DNA of 64,000 bases from positions 217-64,216 of the forward strand of contig CAWBQN010000026.1 of NCBI GenBank assembly GCA_963791065.1. Reading direction: 5' to 3'. Source of the stretch: an uncultured Bacteroidales bacterium. GTDB lineage: Bacteria > Bacteroidota > Bacteroidia > Bacteroidales > VadinHA17. How positions within the stretch are numbered: position 1 is the stretch's first letter; each line of letters opens with the position of its first letter. Of this stretch, positions 57,943 to 64,000 are shown piece after piece. The notes beneath the pieces are model-generated. The model worked only from the letters and a program-made list of their open reading frames with translations. It did no database searches and was not told where the DNA came from. The translations under genes were made by a program, and so were the position numbers.

Positions 57943-57950
57943 CAAATGTA
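57943..57950 (-). promoter_or_regulatory. Putative -7 promoter element of the Mo-oxidoreductase operon
   Basis: Minus strand TACATTTG, 17 nt upstream of ATG 57925. Confidence 0.45.
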
Positions 57951-58043
57951 TCAATATAACAATTAATATGAAAGCGGTAAAAAATTTCCCGCCGATGCCG
58001 CAGACTTGCCTTCCGGCACGCAGGTTTATGCAGATTGTGGAAA

Positions 58044-58463
58044 CTATTTTAATACAAGTGGTTCTTCGAGAATAACATTACTTATAGTAAGCTCCCTATT
58101 TGGCACGCTGGAAATATATACTTCATAAGTAATCCTGTCCCGACCGATATATTGCATATAGGTATAACTTACAGCACCAGTGGAGAATGTCACAGGGGAG
58201 CCGCCTATATTTATTTTTGCGGTGATTTCCGCCTTCGGATATGCTTTTTTATAACGGAAATAGTCAGATACTGATCCGCTGGGGATATTCCCTATAGTAT
58301 CAACATCTTCGGGCTTTTCTGAAGTACTTACGATCACCTCCCCGAATGTCATGTCCGATATGTTTCTGATTCTTACATCTGTCGGACCTTCCGGTGAAAA
58401 TTCCTTCTTTTTACAGCTGAATATTGTTAAAAGCAAAAGCGAAACTATAATAATCTTTTTCAT
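58044..58463 (-). CDS. Hypothetical lipoprotein
   Basis: MKKIIIVSLLLLTIFS|CKK lipobox followed by a beta-rich mature domain. Confidence 0.75.
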   Translation of the reverse strand: MKKIIIVSLLLLTIFSCKKKEFSPEGPTDVRIRNISDMTFGEVIVSTSEKPEDVDTIGNIPSGSVSDYFRYKKAYPKAEITAKINIGGSPVTFSTGAVSYTYMQYIGRDRITYEVYISSVPNRELTISNVILEEPLVLK

Positions 58464-58522
58464 GATCAGACAGGTTTACTACTTAATCTGACCGGAAATA
58501 TAGCAAATTTGCTGCAAGAAGA

Positions 58523-59293
58523 TCAGATATTAACCAAACTATTGACAGGCACCCATCCTTTATTTCCATCAGAAAGCCTTATTTCGAGCCACTCTCCGAC
58601 TTTATCATCGATTGTAACTTTGGTGCCTTCATGTAAGACAAACAGATCCTTACCACTGGTATCAGGAGAACTTTTTCCGTTAACTAACGGGCTGGTTATT
58701 ATTGCTTTATGACTATCATAAACCAATGCATTATTCCTCAGGGTAAAAGCTAAGGAAGTTATGGAAAGAACCATAAACAATATTGCGAACCAGAATCCTA
58801 TCACTTTATAACGATACCTGGGGGAATAGATGTACAACGACACTAACAAAAGGCAGAGAACAAAAGAAATTATACTGATTTTTGCCCACGTGTTAGTCGA
58901 CAGGAACAGTGAAACAAAATTGTACCATTTTATGAAAAATAGTTCGGGAATTTCCTGAAAACGATCTACGGTCAGGGTTTTTGCTACCTGGAGATTATAA
59001 TTAATATCCTCATCAGCAGGTTTAAGCAGATAAGCTCTTTCGTAAAACAAGATCGCGTAAGGAATATTATTAAGCTTGAAATAAGCATTCCCGAGGTTAT
59101 AGTCGAGGTTTGCCGACCGGTATCCGGTATTATAAATATCTGTCCATACCTGAACTGCCTCTTTGTAACTGCCAGCTGTAAAATATGTAACGCCCTGATA
59201 GAATTTGTCCTTATTTGTATTCTGCGAATCTGCCTTCCAGTTCAATAGCAAGAGTAAAATCAGAATTAGTGTATATGTTTTTGCCGATCTCAT
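58523..59293 (-). CDS. batE: BatE (TPR + SH3-like domain)
   Basis: YNLGNAYFK..AILFYERA TPR, two TM helices, LFVLHEGTKV..W.EIRLSDGNKGWV. Confidence 0.9.
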   Translation of the reverse strand: MRSAKTYTLILILLLLLNWKADSQNTNKDKFYQGVTYFTAGSYKEAVQVWTDIYNTGYRSANLDYNLGNAYFKLNNIPYAILFYERAYLLKPADEDINYNLQVAKTLTVDRFQEIPELFFIKWYNFVSLFLSTNTWAKISIISFVLCLLLVSLYIYSPRYRYKVIGFWFAILFMVLSITSLAFTLRNNALVYDSHKAIITSPLVNGKSSPDTSGKDLFVLHEGTKVTIDDKVGEWLEIRLSDGNKGWVPVNSLVNI

Positions 59294-59296
59294 GTT

Positions 59297-61111
59297 CTAT
59301 CCTATTATGTTTTCAACCGACTTGATAAATTGTGACGCGCCTTCATATACTGATGCAGCCTCCGTGTCGGATGATGCAGGGGCATATCTCGCAAATTCGC
59401 ATGTATCAAGAATGTCAGAAAGACTCTTGATCTGGTCTTCTTCAATTCCACACTCCTGCAGTGAAGCAAAGGCATTAGTTCTTGTGAGATCCGACACCGG
59501 AATATTCAGCTTATCGCTCAGATAACCCCATAACGCTTTTAGAATCTCATCGTAGAATTGATCTTTCTCATCATTTTTCAGACATACTGATGCCCCATGA
59601 AGTCTCTTTATGGCAACCTTGCCTGCTTTTCTGTTTCTGACAAGAGATACGTCTGAATTGCGTCTTATATGCTCTCTCCTGACAAACAGTACCAGAAGAA
59701 ATGCTAAAAGTGAGAATCCGTAAGCACTATAAAACACCTGCGATGACACTAAAACATCTCCTGTTATTTCAAGATTTCCCGGATCAGATTTTAAAAACCT
59801 TATATCTTTCCCAAGATATTTTACATCTTCCTTTGATACTCCTCCATAAACGGTAGCGCCCGTATTCTGTCCGCTTACTTTACGGGCAGTGATATGATAC
59901 TCCTGTGAAGTCAGTTTTTCATATTTGCCGGTTGCGATATTGAAATACGAGTATGTGATGGGCGGAATAGTAAAATCACCATCATGCCTCGGGATCATTA
60001 CGTACTCAAAGCTTTTTTGTCCGGTTGTTCCATTTGGTCCGTTCTTAAGATCATCCGTAATTTTAGGATCATAGACTTCAATATCGGGAGGCAGCTTAAG
60101 CACCGGAGCAGATGCTATCTTCAGGTTACCGTTACCCGATATTGTCACCTTTAGATTTATAGCATCATTAACATCCACAGCCTCCTTGTTCAGCGTGGCT
60201 TTAAGGTCGAGTTTTCCAACAATTCCTGAAAAATCTGCAGGCTGAACTCCCGGCAGCGGCTTAACTTTAATCCTGACCGGCCGGCTTGCAGCAGCTTTAG
60301 GTACTGTCTGATATGAGGAGAAGAAATCACCAAAAAACGGATCGGACTCCCTTCTGGTTTTTTGTTGAACAAGAACCGATATCTGAACGGGATCAATGGT
60401 GATTTCGCCAGTGACCTGCGGATACAGAAGGAACTGCTGAATTACACCTGATCCATATATTGTCCCATTTACATTTTCCTGCCTGAGAGAATTAAGCGGA
60501 GGTGTCTCAATATCAGATCGAAGAAAACTATCAAATGCCGGATCCTTTACTTCATTAATCCCTGCGATGTTCAGACGGGAATAGATCTTTACGGTGGCGA
60601 CAATAGGTTCCCCCAGATAGACTTCCTTCCGGTTAACTGAGAGATTTACGAAGAAATCATTTCCCGCGGATTCTACTTCCGAGTCGTTTGAAGTGTTATT
60701 ATTTCCTGATGGGGCATTTTGTTTTTGTGAAGTGGACCCGATTACTTCTATGTGCATAGAGTCGGATGCATATGTTTTATTCTTAAGAGTAAATTCAGCC
60801 GGAGGAATGACATATTTTCCTTCCTTGACGGCCTGAAGATAATAGACATAAGAATAGGAAGTCGAATTTGATACTTTTCCGTTTATTATCTGGGTATTGG
60901 AACTGTAAGATGTCTGAGGACCCATCAGCTTATAGAATCCGTTGAATGATGGAGCTGAAAAATCCCCTCCCCCGGCATTAACGGTCCACATTATAGTAAA
61001 TTGCTGGCCTGCATTCACAACCGCAGGATACTCGGCTTTAACGAAAACGTCCTGTGCGGAAACGCTCAATGAAATAAAGAATATTAACTGATATAATAAT
61101 AGTTTTTTCAT
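59297..61111 (-). CDS. batD: BatD family protein
   Basis: Signal VSA|QD, QIINGK, YLGEPIV, ISGNGNLK, FTIPPITYSYFN, YLSDKLNIP, CEFARYAP. Confidence 0.9.
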   Translation of the reverse strand: MKKLLLYQLIFFISLSVSAQDVFVKAEYPAVVNAGQQFTIMWTVNAGGGDFSAPSFNGFYKLMGPQTSYSSNTQIINGKVSNSTSYSYVYYLQAVKEGKYVIPPAEFTLKNKTYASDSMHIEVIGSTSQKQNAPSGNNNTSNDSEVESAGNDFFVNLSVNRKEVYLGEPIVATVKIYSRLNIAGINEVKDPAFDSFLRSDIETPPLNSLRQENVNGTIYGSGVIQQFLLYPQVTGEITIDPVQISVLVQQKTRRESDPFFGDFFSSYQTVPKAAASRPVRIKVKPLPGVQPADFSGIVGKLDLKATLNKEAVDVNDAINLKVTISGNGNLKIASAPVLKLPPDIEVYDPKITDDLKNGPNGTTGQKSFEYVMIPRHDGDFTIPPITYSYFNIATGKYEKLTSQEYHITARKVSGQNTGATVYGGVSKEDVKYLGKDIRFLKSDPGNLEITGDVLVSSQVFYSAYGFSLLAFLLVLFVRREHIRRNSDVSLVRNRKAGKVAIKRLHGASVCLKNDEKDQFYDEILKALWGYLSDKLNIPVSDLTRTNAFASLQECGIEEDQIKSLSDILDTCEFARYAPASSDTEAASVYEGASQFIKSVENIIG

Positions 61112-61126
61112 TTTACTTTATGCGAA

Positions 61127-61882
61127 TTACCAGTTTATCCTTGATCTTACTTTTGCCTTGGCCGCTTTCTCGAGCTTTACCTTTTGCTCCACGTTTTTTT
61201 CATCATTTGCCAGAGCATTCAGCAGCCGCTGGGCATCATCCTTTGAGATTTCCTGCTGCTTTGGCTGTTGCTTCTGATCCTGATTCTTATTCTGATCTTT
61301 TTGCTGATCCTTGTTTTTATCGTTCTGATCCTTTTTATCCTGCTTCTGATTCTTATTTTTGTCCTTGTTCTGATCCTGCTTATTCTTTTCCTGCTGCTGT
61401 TTTTGCTGTTGCTCCTGTTGCTTCTTCAATAAATCCTGAGCATATGAGAGATTGTATTTTGCTTCCATATTATCGGGACGGAGCTTAAGTGAGTTTTCAT
61501 AGGCATCAATACTTTCCTGAAGTTTATTCGCCTTAAGCAAAGAGTTACCCAGATTGTACAGCCCTGATGATTTCTTATTATTGTTATCAGTCTGGTTTGC
61601 ATTCTCAACAAATTGTTTGCCTGCCTCATCAAACTTGTTCTGTCTATACAGTGCGTCACCCACATTAAATACAGCATCGGGAGAAAGCTTATTTTCATCA
61701 GCAGCTTTCCTGTAGGAAATCTCTGAATCTACGAATTTACTTTTCCCGTACTCCTTATTGCCTTTCCGGATATATTTCTTATACGCCTGGCCGTTCAGAG
61801 AAACAGAAACAAGCATAAATATACAAAGTAAAAGACTTTTGAATATAGACCTGTTCTTCATTATTTGATTAACTACCGACAT
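61127..61882 (-). CDS. batC: BatC (TPR protein with Q/K/D/N-rich linker)
   Basis: TPRs (FNVGDALY, YNLGNSL, YNLSYA), low-complexity linker, ISKDDAQRLLNAL..DEK. Start may be 61861. Confidence 0.88.
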   Translation of the reverse strand: MSVVNQIMKNRSIFKSLLLCIFMLVSVSLNGQAYKKYIRKGNKEYGKSKFVDSEISYRKAADENKLSPDAVFNVGDALYRQNKFDEAGKQFVENANQTDNNNKKSSGLYNLGNSLLKANKLQESIDAYENSLKLRPDNMEAKYNLSYAQDLLKKQQEQQQKQQQEKNKQDQNKDKNKNQKQDKKDQNDKNKDQQKDQNKNQDQKQQPKQQEISKDDAQRLLNALANDEKNVEQKVKLEKAAKAKVRSRINW

Positions 61883-61900
61883 ATCACTTAATGTGCCAGA

Positions 61901-62941
61901 TTAAACTTTAAATTTAAATAACCGTATGTTTGCCAGTCTCCTGTTTTTTCTTTCCATGATAATAAAATCGCCCAGAAGCATCAGTAGTGTTATAGCTGCA
62001 AATATCTGGAACTGATCATTATACTCAGTGAACATGGTACTTTCAAGATCTTGTTTTTTCATTTTTTTAATTGCGCTGAATATCTCATCCAGACCTACGT
62101 TTGAATTGTTTGCCCTTACATAATTACCATTTGTACTCAGGGCAATTTTCTTCAGGATATCTTCATCTAGCTTCGTTATAACAGTATTGCCATCAGCATC
62201 TTTCAGATAATCACGCTTACCATTATTCATTATAGGTATGGGAACTCCTTCCGTTGATCCTATTCCCACTGTATGTATTACGATTCCTGCTTTTGCTGCT
62301 TCTTCAGCTTCTTTGACGGGGTCATCTTCATGATTTTCTCCATCTGTGATTATTATCATAGCTTTACTTTTGCCCTCACCCGGACTGAAAGATCTCATTC
62401 CAAGGCTTATTGCAGCTCCAATCGCTGTTCCCTGTTTTGGTACCATATTAGGACTTATCGTTGAGAGGAACATTTTTGCAGAGACATAATCTGTAGTGAT
62501 CGGGATCTGGACATAGGCATCACCTGCGAATATAATCAACCCAATTTTATCATTATCAAGGTCATCAACCAGGCGGGAAATAGCCTGTTTTGCCCTGGTG
62601 AGCCTGTCAGGCTGGATATCTTCGGCAAGCATGGAGTTGCTGACATCCAATGCAATTATCACCTCAACCCCCTGTTTTTTTACATCCTCGATCTTCGATC
62701 CAAACTGTGGTCTGGAAAGCATTATTATTCCTGCAGTAAGAGCGGTTAATTGCAGTAAGAATTTTACAGACGGACGAACTCTCGACATTTCAGGAACAAG
62801 CCTGCTGACGAGGTTTCCATCACCCAGGCGTTTAAGCGCATTCCTTTTCCTTATTAAATTAATAATATATAAAGCTACAATTACCGGAAGCAGTAGCAAC
62901 AGGTATAAGTAAACCGGATTTGCAAACCTGAACAATTGCAT
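61901..62941 (-). CDS. batB: BatB (VWA domain protein)
   Basis: RPQFG, ALDVSNSMLAEDIQPDRL, IITDGENHE. Confidence 0.92.
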   Translation of the reverse strand: MQLFRFANPVYLYLLLLLPVIVALYIINLIRKRNALKRLGDGNLVSRLVPEMSRVRPSVKFLLQLTALTAGIIMLSRPQFGSKIEDVKKQGVEVIIALDVSNSMLAEDIQPDRLTRAKQAISRLVDDLDNDKIGLIIFAGDAYVQIPITTDYVSAKMFLSTISPNMVPKQGTAIGAAISLGMRSFSPGEGKSKAMIIITDGENHEDDPVKEAEEAAKAGIVIHTVGIGSTEGVPIPIMNNGKRDYLKDADGNTVITKLDEDILKKIALSTNGNYVRANNSNVGLDEIFSAIKKMKKQDLESTMFTEYNDQFQIFAAITLLMLLGDFIIMERKNRRLANIRLFKFKV

Positions 62942-62954
62942 TTTATCTCCTTGT

Positions 62955-63947
62955 TTAAGTAAGATTTTTATATACAGTGTTCCTGGCTATTATCTCAATA
63001 GCCAGCAGACAAAACGCTATTAAAGCAAGTACCAGATATTCTTCTTCCTTCCTGCTGAACTGTCTGACATCAATTTTGGATTTCTCAAGTTTATCAATTT
63101 CTTTATAGACCTGAGTAAGCTTATCATTATCAGTTGCCCTGAAGTATTTACCACCCGTTGTCTGGGCAATCTCCTTCAGAATATCCTCATCAATTTCAAC
63201 AGGCATATCCTCATATTGTATACCAAAAGCTGTCTGAACAGGATACGGAGCAGTTCCCTGTGTGCCAACACCTATTGTATAAACCCTTATTCCAAAGGTT
63301 TTTGCAATTCCTGCTGCGGTAATAGGTGCAATCTCGCCCCTGTTGTTTACACCATCAGTGAGGAGGATAATCACTTTACTTTTTACTTTGGAATCTTTTA
63401 GTCTGTTGACAGCGGTTGCCAGACCCATACCGATTGCAGTTCCATCCTCAATCATTCCGCTCTGGATCTCGTGAAGCAGATTTATCAATACGGCATGATC
63501 GGTTGTTATAGGGCATTGTGTAAATGCTTCCCCGCTGAAAACAACAAGTCCGATCCTGTCGTAGGGACGCCCGGAAATAAACTCAGTAGCAATATTTTTT
63601 GCAGCTTCCAGCCTGTCAGGCTTAAAATCACGGGCAAGCATGCTTCCGGAAATATCCTGTGCAAGCACTATATCAATACCTTCAGTTGAAACATCCTGAA
63701 ATTTGTCAGTCTTCTGCGGCCGGGCAAGAACCAGAATCAGAAGAGTAATGGCAATTGTCCGAAGGGCAAAGAGAATATGCCGGAGGTAGTGCCTGAATGT
63801 TTTTCCTGATCCGGCAAAAGCCTGCAGGCCAGGCATTCTAAGTGAAGCCGTTACCTTTTGCTGCTTCAGTACATAAAAGGCTATCATTGCCGGCACTAAA
63901 ATCAGCAAGTACAGAAAAAACGGCTCAGCAAATTTTATCCCGTTCAT
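62955..63947 (-). CDS. batA: BatA (VWA domain protein)
   Basis: LARPQ, DISGSMLARDFKPDRL, DGTAIG, ILLTDGVNN, GGKYFRATD. Confidence 0.93.
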   Translation of the reverse strand: MNGIKFAEPFFLYLLILVPAMIAFYVLKQQKVTASLRMPGLQAFAGSGKTFRHYLRHILFALRTIAITLLILVLARPQKTDKFQDVSTEGIDIVLAQDISGSMLARDFKPDRLEAAKNIATEFISGRPYDRIGLVVFSGEAFTQCPITTDHAVLINLLHEIQSGMIEDGTAIGMGLATAVNRLKDSKVKSKVIILLTDGVNNRGEIAPITAAGIAKTFGIRVYTIGVGTQGTAPYPVQTAFGIQYEDMPVEIDEDILKEIAQTTGGKYFRATDNDKLTQVYKEIDKLEKSKIDVRQFSRKEEEYLVLALIAFCLLAIEIIARNTVYKNLT

Positions 63948-64000
63948 ACAACTTCCTCCTGTATACTAATTTTTTCTTCAACTGAATTTTCAGCCAATTT
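63944..64000 (-). CDS. 3' end of an upstream gene of the bat operon (partial)
   Basis: KLAENSVEEKISIQEEVV* with TGA overlapping the batA ATG (ATGA overlap). Confidence 0.55.
   Translation of the reverse strand, partial: KLAENSVEEKISIQEEVV

Noticed and set aside
61250-61425. Low-complexity Q/K/D/N repeats in batC
   Set aside because: This is a normal feature of BatC linkers.

Overview
A 64 kb AT-rich bacterial chromosomal segment, very probably Bacteroidota and likely an anaerobe. Evidence: TAnnTTTG -7 promoter boxes, signal peptides cleaved before Gln, a batABCDE operon and HydB-type NADH modules. The highlight is a ~19 kb co-directional cluster (3304-22036) of unknown function. It encodes four PQQ/BamB-like beta-propellers, an NHL propeller with a CGCC motif, an unannotated 54-aa Cys-rich protein, a TAT-exported polyferredoxin and a membrane Fe-S protein. 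It also encodes a NuoE-NuoF (HydC-HydB-like) fusion, a NuoG/GltD-like Fe-S subunit lacking any catalytic domain, a CxxC-bearing GT4 glycosyltransferase and a LolD/FtsX-type ABC system, with an IS4 remnant inside the cluster. Next to it are two more PQQ-like paralogues, an FG-GAP propeller and a CuA-like cupredoxin fused to a membrane polyferredoxin. The rest contains asnB, a VTC/DUF4956/DUF2490 cluster, TetR-EmrAB-TolC efflux, rhamnose utilisation genes, arfB, MATE, a KamA-type radical SAM plus two ATP-grasp ligases, ung, a Mo-oxidoreductase/DmsBC/PLP-lyase operon and batA-E. Several families of dispersed palindromic repeats or MITEs occur between genes. No rRNA, tRNA or CRISPR array was seen. 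All family assignments come from motifs recognised by eye, not database searches.
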